DNA of 64,000 nt, taken from Patescibacteria group bacterium (GTDB taxonomy: Bacteria > Patescibacteriota > Patescibacteriia > SG8-24 > DYFX01). The translations under genes and the position numbers were made by a program. The notes below the pieces were generated by a model. It was given only the letters and a program-made list of their open reading frames with translations, ran no database searches and had not been told where the DNA came from. Below are positions 28,706-37,558 of this stretch, piece after piece (position 1 is the first letter of the stretch; each line of letters opens with the position of its first letter). The stretch spans positions 373,453-437,452 of the forward strand of contig CP129476.1 in the NCBI GenBank assembly GCA_030583805.1, written 5' to 3'.

Positions 28706-29134
28706 TTAGGAATCGCGGAGCGGCAGATAGTACACGTTGGACTCGTGCCGCAGAAAGCCGCATCGGAGGTAAAGACGGTTCGCCGCCTCGCGACGCGGAT
28801 GACTCGTGAGATGCACCATGCGCAGATGGAGCTCTTGAGCCCGGAGGAGCAGCGCGTCCATGAGCGCGCGTCCGACGCCGTTGCCGCGGCACGACGCGTC
28901 GACGACCACGTCCTCGACACGCCCCTCGCGACCGAGGAGCTTGGGCGCCGTGATCAGGGTCATCATGCCGCGGATCACGCCGCGATTGTCGCGGTAGACC
29001 AGCAGATCGGCGTGCTCGATGACGTCCCGGAGATCGTCGGCGGTGACGGCATGGCCGCGCTCTGTCAGCTGCGGGATCAAGCAATTGATTGCCTCAACAT
29101 CATCATGAGTGACGCGGGTAAGCAGTTGGATCAT
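28706..29134 (-). CDS. GNAT family N-acetyltransferase
   Basis: Motif A core RGNGVGRALMDAL. Confidence 0.65.
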   Translation of the reverse strand: MIQLLTRVTHDDVEAINCLIPQLTERGHAVTADDLRDVIEHADLLVYRDNRGVIRGMMTLITAPKLLGREGRVEDVVVDASCRGNGVGRALMDALLLRAQELHLRMVHLTSHPRREAANRLYLRCGFLRHESNVYYLPLRDS

Positions 29135-29900
29135 GACGCCTCCTGAGCAAAAGTTTCCATGGCAAGATCATCGCTTCCAGCACGATCGCGCGGCTGATCT
29201 TCGATCGGCCCTTGCGACGGTCGCGGAAAACGATCGGTATCTCGACCGGCACGTGCCCGTCGAGCGCCGCAAGCAGCTTCGTTTCGATTTGAAACGCGTA
29301 GCCGTTCGAAGCCGGACGACGCGCAAGCACTTTTTGAAGCACGTCGCGTCGCCAAGCCACGTATCCGGCGGTGGCATCATGCACGGAAAATTTCGAAAAC
29401 CGCAAGCCCAGCACGAGCCGCGCATACACGTTGGCATAGTAGCTCAGCAGCCGGCGATTCAGCGGCCAGTCCGGACAATCCCCTCCCGGCACGTAGCGCG
29501 AACCGACGGAAATGCCGGAGGCGCGCGACGCCGCAACGAGTTCCGGCAGCTTTGCCGGTTCGTGTGAAAAATCAGCGTCCATTTCAAGCAGCACGTCGTA
29601 GCCCGGCACTTCGGCCAAGAGCCAGCCGAAGGCGTCCACGTAGGCGGTGCCGAGACCCAGCTTGCCTCCGCGCTTCATGAGCCAGACCCGCACCATCGCA
29701 TCCCGCGCCACTTCGCGGATGAAATCGGCGGTTCCGTCCGGACTGGCATCGTCCACGAAAAAAATATCCGTCCGCGTGCGGCCGATCGCCTCGACCAATT
29801 CCTTGATGTTGTCGCGTTCGTTGTACGTCGGAATGACCGCCACCGCCGAGCCGGCCGGACGATCATTCAACGCCTCGACGCTGAGCACGCGCGCGTTCAT
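29103..29900 (-). CDS. GT2 polyprenol-phosphate glycosyltransferase (DPM1/ArnC-like)
   Basis: AVIPTYNE, DDASPDGT, EMDADFSHEP motifs; ATG at 29900 (MNARVL) overlaps GT-C stop by ATGA. Confidence 0.8.
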   Translation of the reverse strand: MNARVLSVEALNDRPAGSAVAVIPTYNERDNIKELVEAIGRTRTDIFFVDDASPDGTADFIREVARDAMVRVWLMKRGGKLGLGTAYVDAFGWLLAEVPGYDVLLEMDADFSHEPAKLPELVAASRASGISVGSRYVPGGDCPDWPLNRRLLSYYANVYARLVLGLRFSKFSVHDATAGYVAWRRDVLQKVLARRPASNGYAFQIETKLLAALDGHVPVEIPIVFRDRRKGRSKISRAIVLEAMILPWKLLLRRRHDPTAYPRHS

Positions 29901-31291
29901 GACTTGGGCGTTCGCGCTTTCCACGCTTCGTACCAGCGCCACAGGCAGGCGCCGGCCATGACCGCCAAGACGGAATCGAACGGGATACGGTATTTCGTGC
30001 CGGCGACGGTGATCGTATAGGTAAGGGTGAACGCGATCGCCAAGAGCACGAAGAGCCAGGTGCGCTTGCGCTCCTCCTTCGTCGCGAAGATCCATTCAAG
30101 CACCGCGAACACCAGGACAAACCCGTACGAAAGCGCGTAGCCCCAGTTCATGAACGCGTGCGAAAGAATCGTCGCGCCGTTGCCGCCCTCGGCGCCCTTT
30201 TCCGGATGCAACCACGGACGCCAGAAGATCGTGAACTTCATCGCCATGAGTCCGGGGATCTTTTCTGGATTTTCGCGGATCCACGTATTCGCCTTGGCGC
30301 GCCAAAAACGATCGCTCTCGACTTCCGTGACGCCCTCCATGAAGTCGCAGCCGGTTTTGCGCACGCCGCCCATGGGCGTCGGCACGCCGTCGGCCGGCTC
30401 CGGGGCGCGATCGACCCAGAGATCATGAAGCATCATGTACATCGTTTCCGGATGATAACCCTTGAAGAAGACGCGCCCGGAATCCGTCGTGAGCGGCACG
30501 AACGTGCCGTGCAGGTTCCAGTTGCGGATCACCCACGGCGTGAGCGTCAACACCGCGACGCCGGCGATCACGGCCACGCGTTTCACCGCGAGCGGGAAAT
30601 CTCTCCAGCGCCAAAGCAGCCAGAACGAGGCGAGCGGCGCGATGAAGACCATGGGCCCGCTCGTCGCGAGCATCGCGAGTCCGATGCACAATCCCGTCCA
30701 CGCCGCCGTCTTTGCGCTCCTGGTGCGCTCGAGACGCAGGAAGCCGAGCACGGTGAGCAGCATGAAGAACGTGAAGAGGAACGTGATGTAGAACTGGACG
30801 TCGTGATACAGATTGTACGGATACACCGCCATGATCAGCGCGCCCAAAAGGCCCGCGCGCTTCGAACGCCATTCTTCGCCGATGCGATACACGAGATACA
30901 CGTTCGCGACGCTGAAGAGCACCTGCGTCAGTCCAAGCGGCCAGGCGTAGTTGTCGTTGCCGAAGAGCGCGTAAAACGGGATCAGGAAGAAGACGTAGAG
31001 CGGCGCGCGGTACGACGTTGGGCAATCGGCGGCGATGCCCATGCCGTGGCCCGTCGCGAAATTCAGCGCCTGGTAGGAAAAGCCTTTTTCGTTGCGCGTG
31101 TAGAGATCGTCGTGAAAAACGGCCAGCATGCCGAGACGCAAGACAAGCGCGAGGAGCAAAACGACGAAAAGCAGCGCTCCCGCATTACGCTCGACGCGCT
31201 CGGAAAGCGTGCCGCTCCCCTTAAAAACGTCTCGAAAGGCATCACGAATCTGAAGCGCTTTTTGCACCCACATAGTAGCTGCATGGTACAC
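29897..31291 (-). CDS. GT-C fold glycosyltransferase (ArnT/PMT-like, polyprenol-P-sugar dependent)
   Basis: ~11 TM helices, extracytoplasmic loop after first TM, ArnT-like length, operonic with DPM1-like GT2. Confidence 0.65.
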   Translation of the reverse strand: MYHAATMWVQKALQIRDAFRDVFKGSGTLSERVERNAGALLFVVLLLALVLRLGMLAVFHDDLYTRNEKGFSYQALNFATGHGMGIAADCPTSYRAPLYVFFLIPFYALFGNDNYAWPLGLTQVLFSVANVYLVYRIGEEWRSKRAGLLGALIMAVYPYNLYHDVQFYITFLFTFFMLLTVLGFLRLERTRSAKTAAWTGLCIGLAMLATSGPMVFIAPLASFWLLWRWRDFPLAVKRVAVIAGVAVLTLTPWVIRNWNLHGTFVPLTTDSGRVFFKGYHPETMYMMLHDLWVDRAPEPADGVPTPMGGVRKTGCDFMEGVTEVESDRFWRAKANTWIRENPEKIPGLMAMKFTIFWRPWLHPEKGAEGGNGATILSHAFMNWGYALSYGFVLVFAVLEWIFATKEERKRTWLFVLLAIAFTLTYTITVAGTKYRIPFDSVLAVMAGACLWRWYEAWKARTPKS

Positions 31292-31323
31292 GGCGAGGTG
31301 ACCCTAGGCAACCGTCCTACGCT

Positions 31324-31332
31324 TGGTAGAAT
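31324..31332 (+). promoter_or_regulatory. extended -10 TGGTAGAAT 8 nt upstream of methyltransferase ATG 31341 (leaderless)
   Basis: TGnTAnAAT match; track start 31323 is TTG inside this element, so real start more likely ATG 31341. Confidence 0.4.
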
Positions 31333-31340
31333 GGCGTTCT

Positions 31341-32207
31341 ATGGCTCCCACGTGCCCCGTCTGCGAAGAGGCTGCGATTCCCTACGTCACGAAAAATACG
31401 TTCGCCTTTTGGCGTTCCCCCTCCTGCGGCTTGCTGTTTGTCTGGCCGTTTCTCAAAACGGCGCCGCAAGAGATCTATGAGGAAGACTACTTCGCCGGCG
31501 CGAAAGGCGGTTTCGGCTATGCCGACTACGACGCCGACAAGGCGGTGCTCGAAGGTTTTTTTAAGAAGTTTTTAAAACGACTGGAAACCTGGCTCCCGCC
31601 CAAAGGACGCCTGCTCGACGTCGGCGCGGCCACCGGACACTTCGTCGGCCTCGCGCAAGCCGCCGGCTGGCAGGCGGAAGGCATCGATATTTCTTCGCAC
31701 AGCGTCGCTCTCGGCAAAGCGAAGGGCTTGAAGATGGAGCGCGCGACGCTGGGCGACCTGTCCGCGCCAGCCGCGAGCTTCGATGCTCTGACACTTTGGG
31801 ACGTGATCGAGCACGTGCCCGATCCACTCGCGGCACTGGATCGTTGCGAAACGCTCCTGCGCGCTGGCGGCCTCCTCGTCATCAATACGCCCGATGCCGG
31901 AAGCGGCTGGGCGCGCTTCATGGGAAAACGCTGGCACGCGCTCGTGCCGCCGGAGCACGTCTGCTTGTTCACGCAGCGCGCGCTCGAACGCGTGCTTCGC
32001 GCGCGCGGATTCGAGATCGTGCACGCCGAACACCCGATCAAGTTTTTCACCCTGCCCTACATCGCGAGCACCTTCGCCCGTTGGGTCGGATGGAAGCTTC
32101 CCGGCGCGATCAAAAAAATCCTCGCCTGGAGGATCTTTTCGCTCGTCGGCATTCCCCTGCCCCTCAGGGACAATCTCCTGATCGTTGCCAAAAAAACGGA
32201 AAAATGA
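31341..32207 (+). CDS. class I SAM-dependent methyltransferase with N-terminal zinc-ribbon (CPVC...C)
   Basis: LLDVGAATGHF motif I, methyltransferase type 11/12-like. Confidence 0.7.
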   Translation: MAPTCPVCEEAAIPYVTKNTFAFWRSPSCGLLFVWPFLKTAPQEIYEEDYFAGAKGGFGYADYDADKAVLEGFFKKFLKRLETWLPPKGRLLDVGAATGHFVGLAQAAGWQAEGIDISSHSVALGKAKGLKMERATLGDLSAPAASFDALTLWDVIEHVPDPLAALDRCETLLRAGGLLVINTPDAGSGWARFMGKRWHALVPPEHVCLFTQRALERVLRARGFEIVHAEHPIKFFTLPYIASTFARWVGWKLPGAIKKILAWRIFSLVGIPLPLRDNLLIVAKKTEK

Positions 32208-32232
32208 TAGCCTGACGTTGATCAAAAACCAC

Positions 32233-32306
32233 GGGGGCGTGGTGAAATGGTATCACAAGGGTCTCCAAAACCCTTGTCGTGGGTTCGATTCCTACCGCCC
32301 CTGCCA
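32233..32306 (+). tRNA. tRNA-Trp (anticodon CCA)
   Basis: Hand-folded cloverleaf, anticodon loop CTCCAAA, T-loop TTCGATT, 3' CCA. Confidence 0.8.
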
Positions 32307-32338
32307 GAAAAACGCGTCTTTCCAAGGACGCGTTTTTC

Positions 32339-32770
32339 TTATGGTTCGTTTTCCCACCGCTCCTCAAAAATCTTTTCAATCTCTTCGTCGTTCAGACCGA
32401 AGTGATGACCGATCTCATGAATGAGCGTTTGGCGAATGACTTCGAACGGTTCGAGCCCTGAAGCTTCCGCTTCTTCTTCGATCGGTTCTTGAAATAACGA
32501 AATCACGTCCGGAAGCATGCCGCTCGGATCGCCCGGCAATTCCGTAAGCGGCGTACCTTCGTACAAGCCGAGGATGTCGAGCTCATCCTCGCCTTCATGC
32601 GCGCCGACCGCGTTTTGCTCCGGCGTCGGACGATCTTCGACGAGGATCACGACGTTGCCAAGCCGCTTCAAAAAACGCTCCGGGATCGAACGGAAGGCTT
32701 CGGCGGCGAGTTTTTCGAAAACGGGGCGTTCCATAGGTAACGGCACGATACCATAAAAAACACCCCGCAT
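32339..32770 (-). CDS. zincin-like metallopeptidase (HExxH, DUF1025-like)
   Basis: LIHEIGHHFGL motif; acidic small protein. Confidence 0.55.
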   Translation of the reverse strand: MRGVFYGIVPLPMERPVFEKLAAEAFRSIPERFLKRLGNVVILVEDRPTPEQNAVGAHEGEDELDILGLYEGTPLTELPGDPSGMLPDVISLFQEPIEEEAEASGLEPFEVIRQTLIHEIGHHFGLNDEEIEKIFEERWENEP

Positions 32771-32785
32771 ACGCGGGGCGTTTTT

Positions 32786-32941
32786 TTACTTGGTCTCCTT
32801 GTGCGGTTCGTGCTTTTTGCACCAGTCACAGAACTTCTTGAGCTCGATACGGGCCTTGAGCTTCTTTTTGTTCTTGTGGGAGTGGTAGTTGGTCCGCTTG
32901 CAGACCGTGCACTCGAGCTTGATGAGGTTATCCTGGGACAT
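32786..32941 (-). CDS. rpmG: 50S ribosomal protein L33
   Basis: 51 aa, CxxC...CxxC zinc ribbon (CTVCKRTNY...CDWCKKHE); real gene is the C-terminal part of track ORF 32786..33172. Confidence 0.9.
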   Translation of the reverse strand: MSQDNLIKLECTVCKRTNYHSHKNKKKLKARIELKKFCDWCKKHEPHKETK

Positions 32942-32965
32942 AGCGGGGCTTTGATTGATGGGGCT

Positions 32966-32994
32966 AGAATACGCGGAAACCGTTCTGGCGTCAA
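32966..32994 (-). promoter_or_regulatory. promoter TTGACG-17-TATTCT for rpmG
   Basis: 17-nt spacer, starts right after tRNA-Thr 3' end. Confidence 0.45.
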
Positions 32995-32997
32995 GGG

Positions 32998-33073
32998 TGG
33001 AGCCACCTCTGGGGTTCGAACCCAGGACCGCCAGTTTACAAAACTGGTGCTCTACCAGCTGAGCTAAGGTGGC
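32998..33073 (-). tRNA. tRNA-Thr (anticodon TGT)
   Basis: Acceptor GCCACCT, anticodon loop TTTGTAA, T-loop TTCGAAC, CCA. Confidence 0.85.
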
Positions 33074-33136
33074 GCAGCCTTTTGCCGGTTTTTTCGTGCA
33101 GGACGCAGCGCTCCACTCCCGTGAAACGCTATGCCC

Positions 33137-33223
33137 TGGTGGGCAGTCAAGGATTCGAACCTTGGAAGGCACAAGGCCAGCAGATTTACAGTCTGCCCTC
33201 GTTGACCGCTTGAGTAACTGCCC
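33137..33223 (-). tRNA. tRNA-Tyr (anticodon GTA) with long variable arm
   Basis: Anticodon loop CTGTAAA, long extra arm, T-loop TTCGAAT, CCA. Confidence 0.85.
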
Positions 33224-33224
33224 G

Positions 33225-33300
33225 TGGAGCCGACGACCGGGATTGAACCGGTGACCTTGTCCTTACCATGGACACGCTCTACCAACTGAGCTACGTCGGC
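33225..33300 (-). tRNA. tRNA-Thr (anticodon GGT)
   Basis: Acceptor GCCGACG, anticodon loop ATGGTAA, T-loop TTCAATC, CCA. Confidence 0.85.
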
Positions 33301-33309
33301 GTTGGATTT

Positions 33310-34209
33310 TCAGGTTTTTACGGTCATTTCGGAGATCCGCTCTCGGAACTCCGCGAGCTTCGCGTTCTCGGGATTGACCTCTTCCAAGGCCAGCAGGGCT
33401 TCCCGCGCCGCATCCGCGTCGCCTACGAGTATACTCGCCTCCAGGAAATAATCAAGGTACTTGGGGTTGTGCGGTTCGGACTGGAGCGCCATGCGGAATT
33501 GGTCGGCCGCTTTGCGGCCTTCGCCTTGCGCCAGATAGACGCGCCCCAGCTCCGTCCGGTACATCGTAGCGTTGGTGGCAAGCTCGATCGAGCGAAGGTA
33601 GCGCACCTCCGCCTCCTCGAAGTTTCCACGGTTCGCCTCGATCTGGCCGAGACGTCCGAGCGCGCGGTCGTCGTCGCCCTGCAAGCGCAGGAGGAATTCA
33701 AGGATTTCCGCGGCCTGATCCGGCTGTCTCTGCGCCAAATACAACTCGGCCAGCCCGCGATAGGCTTCGACGTTCTTAGCGTCCGCTTTCAGAGCTTCGA
33801 TATACAGCTTCTCCGCTTCTTCGTAGCGCTCTTCGAGCCTGGCGTGTTCGGCTTGATCGAGCAAGCTCGGCAAACGTTCCACAGCCTTAGCCTGCTCGGC
33901 CGGCGTGACCGTGCGCCGCACATGGCCGTCCATGCGCGCCTCCATACCCTTCAGCTTGTCTTGCGCGCGCTCGAACCAATTCTTCACGCGCGACGAGGCT
34001 GCGCCGACCGCTTCGTTCGTCTTGCCTTGGATTTTGCCGAGCGAACGCTCGAAACGATCCTGCATGATGCGCTTCTTGACCGCCTCGTGCCGCTCCTTGG
34101 CGAGCGTCGAGAGATCGATCAATTTCAGCTGCGGAAACTTCTTGACCAAGACGCCGTAAATCAGCGCCAGGCCGGTCAGAACGAGAACAATGCCGATAAT
34201 GGTCCACAT
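33310..34209 (-). CDS. membrane-anchored TPR repeat protein
   Basis: N-terminal TM then five TPR-like repeats (AEKLYIEALKADAKNVEAYRGLAELYLAQRQPDQA etc.). Confidence 0.55.
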   Translation of the reverse strand: MWTIIGIVLVLTGLALIYGVLVKKFPQLKLIDLSTLAKERHEAVKKRIMQDRFERSLGKIQGKTNEAVGAASSRVKNWFERAQDKLKGMEARMDGHVRRTVTPAEQAKAVERLPSLLDQAEHARLEERYEEAEKLYIEALKADAKNVEAYRGLAELYLAQRQPDQAAEILEFLLRLQGDDDRALGRLGQIEANRGNFEEAEVRYLRSIELATNATMYRTELGRVYLAQGEGRKAADQFRMALQSEPHNPKYLDYFLEASILVGDADAAREALLALEEVNPENAKLAEFRERISEMTVKT

Positions 34210-34211
34210 AC

Positions 34212-34937
34212 TCAGCTTGCGAGAAGATCTAGCATCGCGAGAACCTCCGCCGGTTTCGTGCTGGCTCCGCCGATCAACACGCCGTCGACGTTCGGTACGG
34301 CGAGGTACGTCATAAGATTGGACGGATCAACCGATCCGCCGTAGAGAACGCGCGCCGTAAGGTTTCGCTCCTCCAGCTTCGAACGGATGAACGCGTGCAT
34401 CGCCTCGACGTCTTTCGGCTCGCACGGCCGGCCGGTGCCGATCGCCCAGCGCGGTTCGTACGCCACGACAAACGGAGCGTCGGTCCAGCTGCCCAAAACC
34501 GCTTCAAGCTGCGCCTGCACGACGCGCTCTTGGGAAGACGCGTCGCGTTCTTCCGCCGTTTCGCCGACGCACAGCACGGGCGTCATGCCGTCTGCCGCCA
34601 CCGCGGCGGCTTTGCGCGCGATCAGCTCGTCCGTTTCGCCGAGCGCGCGGCGTTCCGAGTGGCCGACGATCACGAATCGCGCGCCGATGGCGGCGAGCTG
34701 TTTCGGCGTGACTTCGCCGGTGTGCGCGCCTTCGTCGTTCCAAAAGGCGTCTTGCGCGCCGAGCGCCACGGACGAACCTTCAAGGGCGCGCGCGACACCT
34801 TCAAGCGCCGTAAAACCTGGCGCGATCGCAAGATCGGCTGAAACGGCCGCGGCGCGTTCCGCATAGGAACGCGCGAGCGTTTCGGCCTCGGTATCGCTCA
34901 AATACGTTTTCCAGTTGGCGAAAAACAGCTTGCGCAT
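34212..34937 (-). CDS. tpiA: triosephosphate isomerase
   Basis: ANWK, IVGHSERR, AYEPRWAIGTG motifs. Confidence 0.9.
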   Translation of the reverse strand: MRKLFFANWKTYLSDTEAETLARSYAERAAAVSADLAIAPGFTALEGVARALEGSSVALGAQDAFWNDEGAHTGEVTPKQLAAIGARFVIVGHSERRALGETDELIARKAAAVAADGMTPVLCVGETAEERDASSQERVVQAQLEAVLGSWTDAPFVVAYEPRWAIGTGRPCEPKDVEAMHAFIRSKLEERNLTARVLYGGSVDPSNLMTYLAVPNVDGVLIGGASTKPAEVLAMLDLLAS

Positions 34938-34943
34938 ACGGGC

Positions 34944-36221
34944 TTACTTCGGAACTTTCAGGAGCTTCATGAAGCGCGCTTTGTCCTTGAATGGGCCGAT
35001 CAGTGCCGCGGACAATGCGGAGGTACGGAAGACGCGCCCCGCGACGGAGAGCACGTCCGCGCGCGTCACCTTGTCGATGCGCGCCAGGCGCGTTTCCGGC
35101 GTTTCAATTTTCTTTTGCAACAATTCCTGTTTCGCGAAAAATTCCGCGAGCGCGCTCGATTCTTCCAAACCGAGCACCGTTTTGCCTTTGATGTATTCCT
35201 TGGCGCGCACGAGTTCCTCGGCCGTCACGCCTTTCTGCGCCGCCTTGCCGAGCTCCTTCAGGATGACGGTGATGCCTTCGTCGATCTTGGCCTTGGTCAG
35301 GCCGGCTTGGATCGCGATGTTGCCGACGTCCTGATAGGGGCTGAGACTCGCGCGGACGGAGTAGGCCAGGCCGCGGCGCTCGCGCACTTCGGTAAAGAGG
35401 CGCGAAGACATGCCGCCGCCCAAAATCGTGGTCAGGACCGACAAGGCCGCCATGTCTTTATGGCCGTACGGGAAACCGGGGAAGCCCAGGGCGAACTGCA
35501 CTTGCTCGGTCTCTTTGTATTGTAGCGCAAGCTGCGCTCCGCCGCTCCTGAGGCGCGACGCCGCGTAGGGTTTAAGCTTCTTTTTCGGCTCTTTGACCGC
35601 GCCGAACGTCTTTTCGAGCAAGGCCGTCACGGCCGGTTCGAATTTTCCGGCGACGGCGATGATCATGCGCGAGGGCGCGTACGCTTCATCGCGCCAGCGG
35701 ACGAGCTCGGCGCGTCCGATGCCGTCCATCGTGGCGTGCGTGCCGGCGATCGGCCGGGAGAGCGTGCCGTCGTACACCAATTCCTCGAGCAGCTCCTCGG
35801 CGCGCATGATCGGGTTGTCGTCGTACATGTTGATCTCTTCCTTGATCACCTCGCGCTCGCGGCCGATCTCGTCGGCGCGGTAGGTGGAATGGAAAAGCAT
35901 GTCGTGCAGCATGTCGACCGCCAGCTCGATCTTCGAGGCGTTCAGTTTCACGTAATAGCCGGTGTAATCCTTGCCGGTGAAGGCGTTATAGTCGGCGCCG
36001 ACGGAATCGAGATCGCGGCTGATGTCCATCGTGGTCGGGCGGCGCTCGGTGCCCTTGAACATCATGTGCTCGACGAAATGCGAAGCGCCGGCGAGCTTGT
36101 CGCTTTCGTAACGGCTGCCGACCTCGAACAGCACCAGCACGGTGGCGGCTTGCGTATCGCGCGAAGGCACGAGGATGACGCGCGTGCCGTTCTTGAGTTT
36201 TGTCGTTTGAAACAGGGACAT
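34944..36221 (-). CDS. M16 family zinc peptidase (pitrilysin-like)
   Basis: Inverted zinc motif HFVEHMMFKGT ... E. Confidence 0.8.
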   Translation of the reverse strand: MSLFQTTKLKNGTRVILVPSRDTQAATVLVLFEVGSRYESDKLAGASHFVEHMMFKGTERRPTTMDISRDLDSVGADYNAFTGKDYTGYYVKLNASKIELAVDMLHDMLFHSTYRADEIGREREVIKEEINMYDDNPIMRAEELLEELVYDGTLSRPIAGTHATMDGIGRAELVRWRDEAYAPSRMIIAVAGKFEPAVTALLEKTFGAVKEPKKKLKPYAASRLRSGGAQLALQYKETEQVQFALGFPGFPYGHKDMAALSVLTTILGGGMSSRLFTEVRERRGLAYSVRASLSPYQDVGNIAIQAGLTKAKIDEGITVILKELGKAAQKGVTAEELVRAKEYIKGKTVLGLEESSALAEFFAKQELLQKKIETPETRLARIDKVTRADVLSVAGRVFRTSALSAALIGPFKDKARFMKLLKVPK

Positions 36222-36222
36222 G

Positions 36223-37545
36223 CTAGAAGCCGAGTTTGGCCGCGAGGTACGCTTCCAACGCTTCGATCTTCACGCGCTCTTGCTGCATCGTGTCGCGATC
36301 GCGCACGGTGACGGATTGATCGTTCAGGGTGTCGAAATCGTACGTCACGCAATACGGGGTGCCGATTTCATCCTGGCGGCGGTAGCGCTTGCCGATGGAT
36401 TGCGTTTCGTCGTAGTCGGTCGTCCAGCGCTGGCGGAGTTTCGCCGCGAGCGCGCGGGCGGGAACCGAGAGTTCGTCTTTCTTGGAAAGCGGCAGCATGG
36501 CGATCTTGAACGGCGCCAGCGCTTTCGGAAAGCGCATGACGACGCGGAGGTCGGTCTCCCCTTCTTCGGCCGTGCGCGCCTGCTCTTCGTGGTAGGCCTC
36601 GAGCATGACGACGAGCAGCGTGCGGTCGACGCCAAGCGACGGCTCGATGACGTGCGGCAAGTATTTCTCGTTGGTTTCCGGATCGGTGTAGCGCAAATCG
36701 ACGCCGCTCTTTTCCTGGTGGCACTTCAAGTCGTAGTCGCCGCGGTACGCGAGACCGTACAGCTCCTTCAAGCCGAACGGGTACTGGTACTCGATGTCGA
36801 CCGTGCGCTTCGAATAGTGCGCGCGCTCGCCGTCTTCGATTTCATGGAAGTTGAGGTGCTTCGGGTCGACGCCGCAGAAATCGAGCCAGGCTTTCATTTC
36901 GGAGAGCCAGGACTCGAAATGCTTTTCCCATTCCGATTCCTTCACGAAATACTCGACTTCCATCTGTTCGAACTCGCGCGTGCGGAAGATGAAGTTACCC
37001 GGCGTGATTTCGTTGCGGAAGGCCTTGCCGACCTGAGCGATGCCGAACGGCACGCGCTTGCGGCTCGTTTCCTGCACCTGCTTGAAGTCGGCGAACATCG
37101 CCTGCGCGGTTTCGGGACGGAAATAGACGACCGCCGCGGCGTCTTCTTTGGCGCCGAGGAACGTCTTGAGCATCATGTTGAACTGCGCCAGCTCGGTGAA
37201 CGTGCCCTTGCGTCCGCAGGTCGGACAGGCCGCGTTCAAGTCGATTTGGTCGGCGCGAAAGCGGGAATGGCAGCCGGTGCACTCGGTGAGCGGATCGGTG
37301 AAATGCGCCAGGTGGCCGGAGGCCTCCCAGACTTTCGGATTCATGATGAGCGCGGCGTCGATGCCGACCATGTCGTCGCGCGACGTCACGAAACGCTTCC
37401 ACCAGGCGTCCTTGATATTTTTCTTGAGTTCGGAACCGAGCGGGCCGTAATCCCAGGAGTTGGCCAGGCCGCCGTAGATGTCGGAACCGGGGAAGATGAA
37501 GCCGCGTCGCTTCGCCAAAGAGACCAGTTTTTCCATTTCGATCAT
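36223..37545 (-). CDS. glyS: glycine--tRNA ligase, alpha2 (archaeal/eukaryotic-like) type
   Basis: Class II motifs; RGFIFPGSDIYGGLANSWDYGPLG N-terminus, insertion with Cys cluster; start at MIEMEK chosen, track alternative 37581. Confidence 0.85.
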   Translation of the reverse strand: MIEMEKLVSLAKRRGFIFPGSDIYGGLANSWDYGPLGSELKKNIKDAWWKRFVTSRDDMVGIDAALIMNPKVWEASGHLAHFTDPLTECTGCHSRFRADQIDLNAACPTCGRKGTFTELAQFNMMLKTFLGAKEDAAAVVYFRPETAQAMFADFKQVQETSRKRVPFGIAQVGKAFRNEITPGNFIFRTREFEQMEVEYFVKESEWEKHFESWLSEMKAWLDFCGVDPKHLNFHEIEDGERAHYSKRTVDIEYQYPFGLKELYGLAYRGDYDLKCHQEKSGVDLRYTDPETNEKYLPHVIEPSLGVDRTLLVVMLEAYHEEQARTAEEGETDLRVVMRFPKALAPFKIAMLPLSKKDELSVPARALAAKLRQRWTTDYDETQSIGKRYRRQDEIGTPYCVTYDFDTLNDQSVTVRDRDTMQQERVKIEALEAYLAAKLGF

Positions 37546-37558
37546 ATGGCGCAGCCTA

